Assembly: GCA_010093995.1 (NCBI GenBank) | Contig: ML992542.1 | Coordinates: forward strand, 1 to 39,319 | From: Elsinoe ampelina | Lineage: Eukaryota | DNA length: 39,319 nucleotides | Reading direction: 5' to 3' | In this document: piece after piece, positions 22,545-35,567 of the stretch | Layout of the letters: every line of letters begins with the position of its first letter | Position numbering within the stretch: position 1 is the first letter of the stretch | Translations under genes and position numbers: made by a program | Notes under the pieces: model-generated | Seen by the model: only the letters and a program-made list of their open reading frames with translations | Databases searched by the model: none | Told to the model about the DNA's origin: nothing

Positions 22545-24959
22545 ATGGAGGAGGAGAACGAGTGGATGCCATCCTTTCAACGACAACCGTCACGACCCAT
22601 TTCCCTACCCATGCCTTACGAGACCGACGATCAGATGCCACTACAACATGGCAAACCCAACACCTCGCACATATTTGCTCCACGGCACACGCGACCTATA
22701 CCTTCCCCTACACAAGCCATACCCATACCAATTCCCTCGAACCCAAATGTCATCCCTGGTAATACCCTTCCTTCCGCTCCCGCCTCGCCTCCCACACCTG
22801 CGCCTTCGCCGTCACCAAAGCGGAGGGGTCCTGATTGGAGGACTGCTGGTGCACATGAAGATATGGGTTTCTCAGACGACGAGTCGGACGTAGCTGAGAG
22901 TAGCAGTGCCTTTCTAAGTCGAGGGAGGAGCAAGTTTGCTCAGGGACTTGGATACAGGCACATCCGATCCATGTTTGCAGAGATGGGCAATGAGGAGCGG
23001 AAACGACTGTTGGCGGAAATGCTGAACATGTGTGATGGCAAGACACTGGGGTTCGTTGCTGGCTTTGTCGGTCCTCGATTAAAGCGGGATCCTTTTGGCG
23101 TTTTGCCTAACGAGTTGTGTCTCCGGGTAAGTTACGAGAATACCTACATGTGTGCTTGAGATTGTGTTGACATGGACAGATACTTACCTTCATCGACGAT
23201 GCCAAGACGCTAGCTCGATCCTCACAGGTCTCGAAGAGGTGGCATGAATTGGTTAGCGATGACATGGCCTGGAAATCGTTATGCGAAAAGCACGCTTACC
23301 GCCGAATGTCCGACGATCCTCCACCGACTCCGCGCACATCTTCTATCATCCCTCAAAGTCCTTCGATAGCGCAGACATCTTCCACAACGCTGCGGTATCC
23401 TACACCATCAGAACCCTTCCGAACGCCTTCCTTGACAGATATCCGGTCCAAGAGTCTCGATCGTGCCTCTGGCTCATCAAGCTCGAGAACGAGACGGCGG
23501 CCGAAAGCCATGACTTACAGGAGTCACTTCAAGCAAAAGTATCAAGTGGAGACGGCATGGAGAGCGGGAGGCAAGGTCGATCAACGGCAGATAACACCTG
23601 ACCAAGGCGTCGTGACGAGTCTCCATCTGACAGATCGATACATCATCGTAGCGCTCGACAATGCCAAGATCCACGTCTTTGACACGGAAGGAAAGCATCT
23701 CAAGTGTCTCCAAGGTCATGTCATGGGCGTCTGGGCAATGGTACCATGGGGCGATATTCTGGTGTCTGGTGGCTGTGACCGCGACGTTCGAGTTTGGGAC
23801 ATGAACACAGGGTAAGTGGTCATCAAAAATCAAAATCTGCGATACTAACATTCTTCAGCCGAGCCGTACATATGCTCCGAGGCCACACCTCCACCGTCCG
23901 CTGCCTGAAGATGGCTGACGCAACGACCGCCATCTCCGGCTCCCGCGACACCACACTCCGCATCTGGGATATCGAAACCGGCCACTGCAAACACATCCTC
24001 GTTGGCCACCAGTCCAGCGTCCGCTGTCTCGAAATCCACGGCGACCTCGTTGTAAGCGGCAGCTACGACACCACCGCTCGCATCTGGAGCATTTCCCAAG
24101 GCCGCTGCCTCCGCACCCTGCAAGGCCACTTCAGCCAAATCTACGCCGTAGCCTTTGACGGCAAGCGCGTCGCAACCGGCAGTCTCGACACCAGCGTCCG
24201 CGTCTGGGATCCCAACGATGGGTACGTCTTCTCCTTCTTCCCCCCTTCGCATCCTCCCAGCTAACTCCTCCCAGCCGCTGCCTCGGCATCCTCCAAGGCC
24301 ACACGTCCCTCGTCGGCCAACTCCAACTCCGCGGCGACACCCTCGTGACCGGCGGCTCCGACGGCTCCGTCCGCGTCTGGTCCATGCAAACCTACACCGC
24401 GGTCCACCGCCTCGCCGCGCACGACAACAGCGTCACGTCCCTCCAATTCGACGACTCACGCATCGTATCCGGCGGCTCCGACGGCCGCGTCAAAGTCTGG
24501 GACCTGCACCACGGGACTCTGGTGCGCGAACTCGGGGCTCCAGCCGAAGCCGTCTGGCGCGTCGTCTTCGAGGAGGAAAAAGCCGTCGTGCTGGCGAGCA
24601 GACAGGGCAAGACGGTCATGGAGGTGTGGAATTTCAGTCCGCCCGCGGAGGAGATTGCGGGGAGGAGGGTGGGGAGTCCGGCGAGTTTGCCGGAACGCAT
24701 GGCGGCGGAAGTGGAGGAGGACGGGCCGGCGCGGAGCGCGAGTCTGGGGGATGCGATGGATGAGGGGTTCGGGAGGGGGTTGGGGAGGGAGGGGATGGCG
24801 AGGAGGGAGTGGGAGGGGGAGCAGGATAGGGGTGGGGCGAAGGGGAAGGGGAAAGGGAGGGAGGCGGACGGGGAGGGCGAAGGGGAGGAGGGGTTGGTGG
24901 ACGGGATGAAGGATGTGGTTATGGAGGATGGGGAGGGGGAGGGGAAGGAAGAACGGTAG
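22545..24959 (+). CDS. F-box/WD40 repeat protein (Cdc4/Fbw7-like SCF substrate receptor); exons 22545-23126, 23180-23811, 23859-24221, 24275-24959
   Basis: F-box DPFGVLPNELCLRILTF..VSKRWHELVSDD; WD40 repeats GHVMGVW, GHTSTVRC, GHQSSVRC, GHFSQIYA, GHTSLVGQ, AHDNSVTS; three canonical introns. Start codon less certain. Confidence 0.88.
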
Positions 24960-25212
24960 GGTCATGGAAGTGCGGGGCATGGTGTAGGAGTCGTGTGTGT
25001 GTATATTGCACAGGATGAGTGTGGGTGGCATTGGGCGGGCTGCATTGCATCGCTGGCATTTGGGGAAGGGACAGAATGATGGCATGATAGACTTGCATTT
25101 AGCGGATTGGATATTGTCATTTGTTAACGTTCATGAATCTTGGAAGATGAGTCTGCTTTGGACTGTGGTCTTAGCTTTCATGTTCACGGGATTCTTCTGG
25201 CATGCTTCTCCA

Positions 25213-27327
25213 TCATGAATCCTCCGTCTTCACCCCCTCGACCCTGACCTCTTCTGACTTTAGATCTTCGGCCTTGACGTCCTCCATCTTCACGTCTTCC
25301 GTCTTCACATCCCCACTCTCCTGCTTGATCGCGACATCTTCGTTCTCTGCCTTCACCTCCGACTTTGCCTTTACCTCCGACTTGGCCTCCGTCTCCCGTC
25401 TGCCGATTGGGATCTTCGTCGCCTCATACCCTTTGCTCGTGAGATACAGAAAATGAGGCTGGTTGTAGTTGTCGATGTGGTTGAAGAACTGATGGAACCT
25501 GTACACCAGTCAGCAAAACATTCCCTTTCATCTGCTTGAGCTTGCAAGCATGGTACTCACGTATTCGCCCCCCTCTCCTCGTCCCATATCCGCCCATAGA
25601 TCTGCTCGCGCTTGAACTTTTCAATCTTCTCATCATGTTTGCCAAAGTCCAATTGCTCTCTGCCGAACTTCTGCGCTTGGTTCTTGTTGTACGTGTCGAA
25701 TACGGGTCGCTCGAGCAGCAGCCCCAGGCCGGGTACCTTGGGGATGCTCCATTTCTCCTTGCCATAGGATTCGTTGATGCGTTTGGGGGCATCGGCGCCG
25801 CATCGCACTAGCAGGGTGACCATTCCGACGAGTTTGCGGATTTGGTGCATCATGAAGGATTGCCCGTGGACTTTTAGGGAAAGCCACTCTGTACCTTCGA
25901 TGATGATGGGCTCGGGGTTGACGACAAAGGATTTGATATTGCGTTTCGCTGACGGATCGGTCGGGGCTTTTTGGATGGTGTAGTTGTGGAAGTTCTTCGT
26001 GCCGACATAGGCGGAGAGGGCGGATTGGATGAGGGCGATGCGAGCTGGGGAGATGCGGTAGCTGCGACGGGCGGAGTCGTATGCGGCTTTGAGACGTTTG
26101 GTGGCTTGAAAGAGGGCTTCGCGCTTGACAGGGCCGAGGATGCTTTGCTGGGACGGAGCGTCTTCGGTCGGGGGCGGTGCCTCGTCTTCTTGGGGTTCCT
26201 CTTCAGGATCTTCATCTGGGTTGCGTCTGCCTTTGTCCTGTGGTCGTTTGGTGTTGGAAGAGTCGATATCGGCGATGCCGCGAATGTAGCTGTCGTCGCC
26301 ACCAAGAGTGATGCCGTCCCAGCGAGGGAAGAGGGCCCTGACGACAAGCTCGCGGATCTCGTCGTCCAATTCGTCCAGGATGGGCTTGATGTGTTTTTCT
26401 TCTACGTCAGGCCAAAAGTCCTTGATGTCCTCCTGTCTTTGAGCCATGGCCTCCGAGTCTCCAGTCTCCTCTGCATACCTTGTACAAACCTGGGCGAGAA
26501 AGCTGCTGGGATGTGGAGAAATGAAAGAGTTTGACGGAATCAAGTACTCATACCACCGACTGTCCACAGCTTGATAGCATGAAAAGCTGTTGATCGTACG
26601 CTCGATGCCCCAGACCCTTATCTGAGGAGACAAGTGTTCGTTGATCTTGTCCACTATGTCTTCGTCTTCAACGATGAGCTTCAGTGAGATCATGTTGCCC
26701 GCAGCATGAACGCCTTTGTCTGTTCGGGCGCATCTAACAAGACTAGACTTCTTGGGATCGTCGGCATTGGCCTTTGAAATGGCACCTGCTTTGACAAAGG
26801 CCGTGAAGAGATCGCCTTCGATGGTCCGTTCTGTAGGTGATCTGAGCATGTCAGCTTTGGATTGGACTGGTAGAAATGACCTTGCTCACATTTGCATGCC
26901 CCGGTATCCTGTCCCACTGTAGCCAATCAGAACCGCAACCTTCTTCTTGGGCCTTCTGTCCTCAGCAGCGATCTCTTCCTGGGCGTATGCGGACGGGAGG
27001 ACCGATGGCTTGTCGCCGTCCTTCTCGCGCTTTTGCTTCTCGTGCTCGTTCCTTGATCGCTTGTCCATTTTCTCACGCCTGTTCCAAGAGTCAGAGCCAT
27101 GAAGGATCGCATGCACCACAACGTACATACTGATAATCCTTCCGTCCCAAATCTCGTTTCTTACCACGGCTACCATGTCTTCCGCGGTCATCTTCGAACC
27201 GTCTCCGCTTCCTGTCTGCATGTGATCCAGCACCTCCCTCAGAGTCAGGTGACCGATCTCTCTTTGTGTTGGGAGACCTCTGGTTATTTGCCTCCACGGC
27301 GACTGCCGAATCATTGTCGACCGCCAT
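25213..27327 (-). CDS. PUS1: tRNA pseudouridine synthase 1 (TruA family); exons 27327-27131, 27078-26890, 26841-25561, 25498-25213 (650 aa)
   Basis: RPKKKVAVLIGYSGTGYRGMQ, catalytic RCARTDKGVHAAGN, GTKNFHNYT, HGQSFMMHQIRKLVG, IPKVPGLGLLLERP; three in-frame introns. Confidence 0.93.
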
Positions 27328-27785
27328 GTTGCAAGTGAGAACATTCGAATGTTGAGTTCTTGATTGGAGAGGTGAAATTTAGAGCTCCGCAAAATCAAGC
27401 TGCGGGCAAGCAGAAATAAGGTGCGGTCCGAGCACCTAGCGCGGCCCCGAGGCTCAGCCCTACGGGTTCAAGTTCACGTGAAACGAGTAAAGTGCATCTG
27501 ACTCCTCTTTTCTCTCTTTACCGGAAATTTTCTGCATAAGATCGCAGCCGCAGTAAGAGGAGGGTCAAGGTAATCTACTCATCTGGTATGCATCATCACT
27601 GATCTGGGCTCGCTGGGACCGTCGTGGTCCTTTCGCCAGGGCTGGGGACGCCTTTGGCCTGATATCCAGTTACATTCCATCACTTGCGACGTGACACTGC
27701 CGAGTCTTTGTTCTCCTCGAGTCTTCAAGCTTGACCGCTCAACCTCTAATAGCAATCTTCTTTCCTCCCCACACCGGTCGGTAGC

Positions 27786-29066
27786 ATGGAGCTCGCTCAG
27801 ACCTTGGTACGCACAGTAGTGCGCGCCTTCTACTCTACCGAGCACATTCTCATCGTGGAAGCGCTCTCGATTCATGGCACTCTCACTGATTCGGACCTCG
27901 CTCATCTCTTTGGCATGCAAACCAAGGCGCTGCGCAAATTCTGTGGTAAACTCAAAGAAGATGGGCTGATATCCGTGCAACCACGAGGCGAAAAGAAAGA
28001 AGGTGCTCCTCCAGCATGGTCTCACAGCAACGGCTCGTCACAACCCAAAGAGCGACTCTTCTTCCGTGACTGGTACTACATTAATTTCCATCGGGCGATC
28101 GACAGTATAAAATACCGTCTGCACAAGTTGAGCAAGCACATTGAGCAGCAAGGCGCATCGACACAAGTTCGCAAAGAACTCGGCTGCCCTCGATGCAAGT
28201 CAACTTACACCACCCTGGAGGTCATGGATACTCAAACGGCAATGGGCGAGTTCTTGTGCCACCGATGCCACCATGTCCTTCAGGAAGAAGAAGATAACGA
28301 CGGTCCTGCAGAGAACGAGAGCATGAAGCGCATGAACAACCAGCTCTCCAAGATTGTGGATTTGATGCGCAAGATTGATAGTGCCAATGTGCCCGAGAAC
28401 GATGCAGAGACCGCCTACGCTAATCGCGTCCCCGTGGAGCGACCAGACACGAATCCTGGCTCACAAGCGACGGTCGTTCACGAAGCCAAGCCTCTCATCG
28501 CTAGCAGCAAGGGTCTTGCTATGGTACAGGAGAAGGTGTCCGTCAACTTGATGGACGGCAAGACGGATCCAGAAGAAGAGGCAAGAGAGCGAGCAAAGGC
28601 TGCAGCGAAAGCCAAGCAGGCTACGCAGAACGCCCTGCCGACGTGGATCACCAACAGTACTGTCAGCGGAGAAATTACGCGAGCAGGCCAAAAGGAGCTC
28701 AACGATAAAAAGCTCCGAGGCGAGGATGGTCTAGAACTCGTGACCGAGGAGACCGAAGAGGACAAGAAAGCTGTCGACAATGTTGCCCTGGACGATTATT
28801 ACGTTCAGTACAGGAAGGAATTGGAACTCGAGCGACTCAGAGCACTCGAGGAAGACGACGACGAATCGGGCGGCGAGGATGACTTTGAGGACGTGGAGAT
28901 GGGAGACTCCAAGCGCGTCAAGGTCGAGGAGGCGAGTAACAGTGTCAAGAAGGAGGAGGATGAGAAGACCGACGGAGCAGCAAAAGTCAAGGATGAACCA
29001 AAGGATGAAAACAAAGTTTCAGACGCCGACGATGACGATGATGAATTGGAGTTTGAGGACGTGTAA
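27786..29066 (+). CDS. TFA1: Transcription initiation factor IIE large (alpha) subunit, single exon, 426 aa
   Basis: LVRTVVRAFY winged helix, WYYINFHRAIDSIKYRL, zinc ribbon CPRC..CHRC, QNALPTWITNSTVSGE, acidic tail ending ELEFEDV. Confidence 0.92.
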   Translation: MELAQTLVRTVVRAFYSTEHILIVEALSIHGTLTDSDLAHLFGMQTKALRKFCGKLKEDGLISVQPRGEKKEGAPPAWSHSNGSSQPKERLFFRDWYYINFHRAIDSIKYRLHKLSKHIEQQGASTQVRKELGCPRCKSTYTTLEVMDTQTAMGEFLCHRCHHVLQEEEDNDGPAENESMKRMNNQLSKIVDLMRKIDSANVPENDAETAYANRVPVERPDTNPGSQATVVHEAKPLIASSKGLAMVQEKVSVNLMDGKTDPEEEARERAKAAAKAKQATQNALPTWITNSTVSGEITRAGQKELNDKKLRGEDGLELVTEETEEDKKAVDNVALDDYYVQYRKELELERLRALEEDDDESGGEDDFEDVEMGDSKRVKVEEASNSVKKEEDEKTDGAAKVKDEPKDENKVSDADDDDDELEFEDV

Positions 29067-29233
29067 CAATACCAAGCATGCTATGGCTGCTATAGACAAT
29101 GCAACAATTTTTCGAACCTGACACCTGCCTTGAGGTTCTTACAAGCCCTGGCTCATGCATTTATTGTACAGATATATTCAGCAGGCACCTGACCTGCTCA
29201 CCTTGGTCTTGGTCGACCTCATCCATCTCATCC

Positions 29234-30423
29234 TTACCGCTCTGCCAGCATATTCCTCACTTGCGAGAAATAATGATTCGTCACCGTCTCTTGCACTTCC
29301 TCCTTGGTCAACCACAAGAAATCCGTATCGCCCAACACGTTCTTCGTCAGATCTGCTTGCCCAGCCATGATCCTTGCCTTCATGAAGAATACCTTCTCCC
29401 CAAGCTCTTCCACGTTCCTCTCCTTGTGCGTGATCGTCTTGGGGAAGTCGTACTGATACCACCCGATCGGCGCATTGCCCACCACCCACGTATTCATGTT
29501 AATGCCGCCTGCCTGCACCAGCACTCTCTCCGCAGCCTATCTTTGTCAGCACCTTCTCGCCCATCTCCAGCCGTCAAAGGGCAGAAGAACAAACCTGATG
29601 CAACCCCTCCCTCCCCCTCACCACATCCCCAGGAAACACCCACCTCCCCTCCCCATTCCTCACAAGCAAATACAACGTCCTCTCCCCCCTCCGATCCAAA
29701 CTCCTCCGATCCCCCTCCCTATCCGCCGCACTCACCCTCCCCACCGGCCGCACAACCGGCTCCTTCTTCGCCTGCCTAACACTATACTCCTCCTGACCCT
29801 GCTGACCCCCCTCCCCCTCCTCCCCCTTCGGCTTCTCCTGCCCCTCCCTAGCCCTCACGGCCGGCGTCTCAAACGCCCCCTCCGCATCCCTGATGACCTC
29901 CTCAATAATCTCCTCCTCCTCCCCCGTGCGGTCACCGATGAGCACCTCGTCGTTCCACCCCTCGGATCCGTAGGCAGAGTACACCCCCACGTCGCGCGAG
30001 GGCGTCAGCCGGGCGCGGATTTTCCGCTTCCATTCCCCGTCCGAGGGCGTGCCTTTTTTGTAGTAGAAGTAGCGGGTGAAGGGGAGGGCGAGGCGTTCGT
30101 TGAGGCGGCGGTTGTAGAGGTGGTAGGATTTTTCGAAGGGGTGGAGGGGTCGGGTGAGGAAGGGGGGTCGGGAGAGGATGACGGAGGTGAGGACGCGGTA
30201 GGATTGTTGGGGCTGAGGCGGGGAGGATGAGGTGGGTTGTGGGGTGGTGGGTTGGGGAGTGGGCGAAGGGGCGGTGGCGGTGGAGGCAAGGCGGAGGGAG
30301 ATGCGGCAGGAGAGGCAGATGGTGGAGGGTTCTGGCAGGGTTAGAGTGGGAGGTTGAAGTGCTGGGAGGGGTGGGTGTACCTGTGAGGAGAGCCCGGCGG
30401 GCTGTGCGCGTGGTTATGGTCAT
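29234..30423 (-). CDS. MRPL17: Mitochondrial large-subunit ribosomal protein mL46 (yeast MrpL17); exons 30423-30381, 30331-29595, 29536-29234 (360 aa)
   Basis: Arg-rich targeting-type N-terminus MTITTRTARRALL..ICLSCR; LSRPP..RLNERLALPFTRYFYYKKGT; RSLDRRGERTLYLLV; LHQAAERVL..GINMNTWVVGNAPIG; EKVFFMKARIMAGQ; DFLWLTKEE. Confidence 0.88.
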
Positions 30424-30942
30424 CACATCAAGGTGTGGGGATGTGATGCTCGATATGTACAGTCGCTGAGTGTAGCAGGCGATGGAGAGGTGTTGTGTCA
30501 CTGAACCTGAAGCTATCCAGAAATTTTGGCTCGAGGTACGCTTCGCATATCGCGATCTAGCTCACCGTACATGATATGGCAATTTCTGCGCACTGTGGAA
30601 AGTCTTTCTCCTTCATGGCACTATTCCTTATCTTCAACTGCTTAAACTAATAGCAATTTGACCATTTAAAGGTGCCCAGACCGACAAGGCAGTCTTTTCG
30701 CTAGCTGTACCCTCAAAACTTTTCCGGCGTACCGTTAGATAGATACTGTCTACACTTCTGATCACCATGGCTGTGGGCTGAGGAGCAGTCACGACTGGAC
30801 TCAAGCATGTCGATGGTTTCAATGATGTCGTCTTTATGATTCTAATCCAATTGGTCATCCCTATATTGAAATACGCTCTGGAGCCTGCTCCCTATTCGCC
30901 ATCGATGCCTTCCCCACTACAATCAAGCTCGCCTCTTACCGC

Positions 30943-31872
30943 TCAGTGACCACCCGTTGTCGGCAATCCCAGCGCGACCTTGAATGAATCATAGATCAAC
31001 CACTGGAATGCCGTGAGCGTGCCAATCATGACGATCCTGACTGGCAACCCGTTCCACAGCCCTCTGAACCCGATATTGCCATAAATTCTCCCCATAGCCT
31101 TACCGGCGCTCTCCCCAGGCTTTCGATCGTTGTTCAGCTTGCTGACCATGACATCTGCTGGATGACTGATTGCGGCACAAGCAATGCCTGCAATGTATCC
31201 TCCCAAGAAACTCACACCCGTCTGAGCCAGAGCACCATAATCCTCCTTCGGTTTGCCCAAAGACTTGTATATTTGGCTAACCGCGGCTTCGAACGAACTA
31301 AACTTGCACATCGTGTACGGAACCTGTCGTCCCCATAGCGGTACAAGTCCCTTGTATAGTCCTCCAATCCCTTCTTGCTTGATAACTTTGCTCAGCGCTT
31401 CCCGCATATTGGTAGCAAATGGCGGAAGCGAAGTCTGCATCCTGACCTTGACCGACTCGAATGGGCAGAGGAAGATATCCGCAATGAATTCGGCCGTCGC
31501 ACTGGCTCCAAGATATACGACCGTCTTGTTCGTGTTCGGGAAGAGCTTCTCGCCATAGTAGTACTTGAAGACTTCGTAGGCGCCGTACTTGCCCGCGCCT
31601 TGGAACGCATAGCCCACGAATGTTGGGGACCAGCCCAGCCAGATGCCGCGGAAGCCGTCGGTTTTAAGGATCTTGGACCAGCCTTGGAGATTGGATTTGT
31701 ATATCTTCGAGTCTACTTGGCGGCGACATTTTACGAGGTCGAGAGGTGTGACGGCTGTGTGGGTGGGACCGCAGGCTATCACGCCGCCCAGGGTGCATGC
31801 AGCAAAGTATGTGCCTGAGAAGAGCTCGATTTGACGTTTGGGTTGGAGGACGCCGGGTTTGGAGGAAGACAT
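30943..31872 (-). CDS. PIC2: Mitochondrial phosphate carrier (SLC25A3 family, Pic2-like), 309 aa
   Basis: Three carrier signatures [65 protein letters not shown]. Pic2 versus Mir1 assignment is by recall. Confidence 0.9.
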   Translation of the reverse strand: MSSSKPGVLQPKRQIELFSGTYFAACTLGGVIACGPTHTAVTPLDLVKCRRQVDSKIYKSNLQGWSKILKTDGFRGIWLGWSPTFVGYAFQGAGKYGAYEVFKYYYGEKLFPNTNKTVVYLGASATAEFIADIFLCPFESVKVRMQTSLPPFATNMREALSKVIKQEGIGGLYKGLVPLWGRQVPYTMCKFSSFEAAVSQIYKSLGKPKEDYGALAQTGVSFLGGYIAGIACAAISHPADVMVSKLNNDRKPGESAGKAMGRIYGNIGFRGLWNGLPVRIVMIGTLTAFQWLIYDSFKVALGLPTTGGH

Positions 31873-32708
31873 TGGGGAGAGTCGTGAGTAAAGAAGCTAT
31901 AGAGCAGCTGGGAGGTGATTGAAGAGCTCGAGGCTGTCAGTTTGGTCGCATGCAGGTTATCTTATTAGAGCTTGTCAATGGAGGTACGCTGGTGAGGTTT
32001 TTCGAGAGAATAGAGAGGGGATTGACAGGAATTGCTACAACGATAACAAAACACTTTGAAACCTGGTTTACGGCCTCTGTGCCATTTTATCGACCTCTTA
32101 CCTCTGCATGACGTTGTTTCCACAAAGCTCCGGCGATAGGCTCGCGCGTAGCTCGCTCTTTTCGAGCGGACGACACATCCGAAGTGATCGACACGCTGCG
32201 AACGATTGCGACCGGGGGGAGCGAACGCGGTGATTATTAAAAAGTCAATTGCTTGTTGGGAGAGTGTGATGTCAGGGACCGAGTGTAGGAAACAGAGCAA
32301 GGGGTTCGGCACCAGGTTCGGCGGGTGGAAAGAAAGCTTGTTTGTGCTTGAGAGCGCTCACTCAGCTGATGACCTGATCACAGCCGAGGATGCTAGAGCT
32401 CAAAATGCCCATGTCAATAAACCTGGATGTAGATCAGGAATGCAAGGCACTTCTGCAGCTGGAATCACGTTTCCCATCTCTTCGCTGGCAAGCTGAAGTC
32501 GGGCTTTGTGCGACCAACCATGTGGTTGATTAAGAGCCGAATGATGACAGCAGCTGACCCTCCACCACAAAACGCCACGCTCCGATCAAACATGCTGGGT
32601 ATGCTACTATACATGTGACGGGACTTGGCCCATCCTTCGTGTCGTTCTTGCGACCTCCGCATCCATTTTGCAACTCATCACTCAGCTGTGATGCCTGAAT
32701 TTCCTCCT

Positions 32709-34386
32709 CTAGTCCACTCCAGCATAAAGGTCGACGACGATATTGATGCATGCCACGACAATCTGCCTGAAGTTAGTACAATCAATGTGATGTCCAGTAA
32801 TAGACGACTTACCTCCGCGGCGATGAGTACGATCACGATCCATTCCAAATACTCTCCGTGACTGTGCGTCAGCTGATCTTTCAGCACTTGCAGCAAGTCG
32901 GCAATCACATCGAGTCGTTCGGTCAAGAGTCCAACCCGCTGATCCATCTCCAAGTAGCTGCGTACCGCTTGATACACAGGCTCAAGTTGAGGTTCCGCCC
33001 ACATCAGCTCCGGTGCATCAAGCACGGATCCCTGCAGATGGATGTTGATTCGTAGGATGAAGAGCTCGCCAATCTGCATGTTGATCTCCTTGCGTGTGAG
33101 CTTCACTCGCCCAGTCATGGCGATCGTCGATGGAATCTCCTTTGTCGTGTCAATCGTGTTGTCAACTAGGTCTTCGTATAGCGAGGTCTATCGCATGTCA
33201 GTTCAGTGTGTCTATGCTTATGGGTCAGACGTACTTTTGTGCTCTGGGCAAGAGCATGGCTAATGGCCAGCTTCGTCATGTAGTTCCGCTTCTCCCTCAA
33301 ACTAATGAAGTCATTGTATATCCGCGCCTGATACTCTTTTGTGTAGTAGAAGTTGAAGTTTTCGGTCTGTACATCGTCTTTTGCGAGCTTTTCGACCTCA
33401 AACTTGGCGATCTCCTTCAGAAATCTTTGCTCTTCCTTGACACTCATACCCCAAATTACCACAACACCGTACTCGAATAGGAAGACTTCCGGTATGTGTA
33501 CAGAAGTGTCGAAATCTGGTGTATTTTGTTGCTCGCCAAGGTCGGGCGTTGACGCAGATGGCGCAATCTCTTCTGCTGTCGAAGAGTCGCCCACGACAAC
33601 TTCACCATCTCGCGAATTCTCGCGCTGCAGATCAATAAGATCCTCACGTTGTCGCTCAGCGTGCTCGTCAACCTCCAAGGCACTATCTGAGAATCTCCTC
33701 TGTTGGGTCGAGTGCACTTCTGCCCGAGTTTGCTGATCTGATCGTCGTTCTGGCTTTGCATAAGTATATGGCGTGTAGATGCATTCGTCGAAAAGCTTTG
33801 GCGCGGCACTCTTTGTCTTTATTCTTCCTTTCAAAAAGCGCATGAGGTCATCCAGCCGGTATGTATTTGCAGTGCAGAACGCCGTGACACGCGGCAGCTT
33901 GTCTCTGTCATCTTTTCCCAATCGTGCCGCATCCCTCCTTGCTGTCGGATCCTTGATCCTTGTGAATTGCGAGTATACCTCGCGTCCACTCTCCTCATCC
34001 GGGCCATCTTCCCCATGTTCTGGGTTGGGAAGAAGTTTGAGCTTCTGAGCAGTCCGCGTAGTTCTCTGGGGTCCAATCTTGGATAATGGCGCGGCGGGTA
34101 CAGAAAGAGGAGCTCCTTGACTATTTCTTCTTCGCAATTTGCTGTTCAATGCTGACAGCATCGGTTGTCCTCCATCTCTTACTGTACTTTGCAGGCCGCT
34201 GATCGACCCTGTCGAGAGTGATTGAGTGTTCGGGAAGGAGGGTCTGCTTCGCGGCGGGCTTGAAGAGTCGACCTGAGTATTGAACGTGACGCTCCTTTGA
34301 GGTTTTCCGGGTGTAGGAGTCTTTCGTCCAGCTCCAGTGGCCTCCCCAAGGAGGGGAGTGGCCTCTGAAGTCGCTGCAGCTGCCAT
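32709..34386 (-). CDS. RMD1: Sporulation protein Rmd1 (DUF155 family); exons 34386-33235, 33187-32813, 32762-32709 (526 aa)
   Basis: KIGPQRTTRTAQKLKLLP, LPRVTAFCTA, EVFLFEYGVVVIWG, RIYNDFISL, KLAISHALAQSTK, IGELFILRINIHL, YLEMDQRV, LEWIVIVLIAAE; two introns. Confidence 0.92.
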
Positions 34387-35567
34387 ATCGTGGCACTACC
34401 TTCGATCAATCACAGCCACGTTCTATAACTGCCCGCTCGACATCAGTAAGCATGCCCTGTGGATCGCTTGGTCCAAATCTGGTGGCCAAAGATCTTGTCC
34501 AGACCATTGATTCGCGTGGATAGCTTGGGTACAATTTAGAAAACAGCTCTCGGGTGGTGACAAGCATGACGTTTGCGCAAGAGCAAGGTTTCAAGTTGCG
34601 GAAGACCCACCATCTTGAATCTGACCAATCGGAACAGATTAGGAATATGCAAGTCCTCTTCCGCGGGAACCAACCACTTCTTCTCCTGGCTAGTAAATTT
34701 GACTTCGATTTTTAAGGCAAAAGTCCTTGCAATGTTCCCTCATTCACATACCGAACCAATGACTTCCGTCTCGTCTGCGCGCAAGAGCTATCGATACATG
34801 TCCTATGTACCTAGTACGCTAGGTATCAGCGCCACGAACAGCCGTGTCTATATAATGATGCACTGTCCCCTTCAGTTTCACTCCAAAATCGCAGCTACGC
34901 GCTGATGCTAACGGATTCATGTAACAGAAGCCCCAGCTCCGACGTGGTACAGCAATGGTCACCGGGCACAAACACCGGCGAGTGGCATGTGCTACTGCGA
35001 TGAAAAGATTCAACAATAAGTTCTATGGGACCAGCGCATAGCGACTCATCGCTGGCCATACATTTGAGCTGTCTTTGTAGGCAACGTTGCGTTGTCCAAA
35101 TCGTATCAGGTGCTCCCAAAAGTAGCAGGCCGTATGATGGAGCAATGTTCTCGCAGGTCACGCTGCAGTGATCACCCATCACTCGTGCATCTCGGTAATC
35201 AGGCGTTTTAGGCGAAATCACTAGGATTCTCAGCTGAGCGGTAGATCGAGCCAAATCCTACGAATGTGGATAAGTTAGTACAAGCATTTGCCTTGTTCCA
35301 TGCAAAAGTCATGGGTACCTGCGCCCCTTGAGAAGTGATGATGCGAGTTTGATCACCCAAAACAAATGGGGAGCGTTGGCTTTGCCTGAATTTCATGACC
35401 TCGAGCGGCACGAATACCTAGATAGTCCTGCAGACCTGCTGCCCATGTTGATACGAGGTTTCGTTCTGCGCGCACGTATCTTGTACGACCTGATGTTGCT
35501 CTGCTGATCAAAGTCCATCTTTGTTGTTGGCAGACGAGTACAGGCGGTGTCAGGTCTTCAAGATTCG

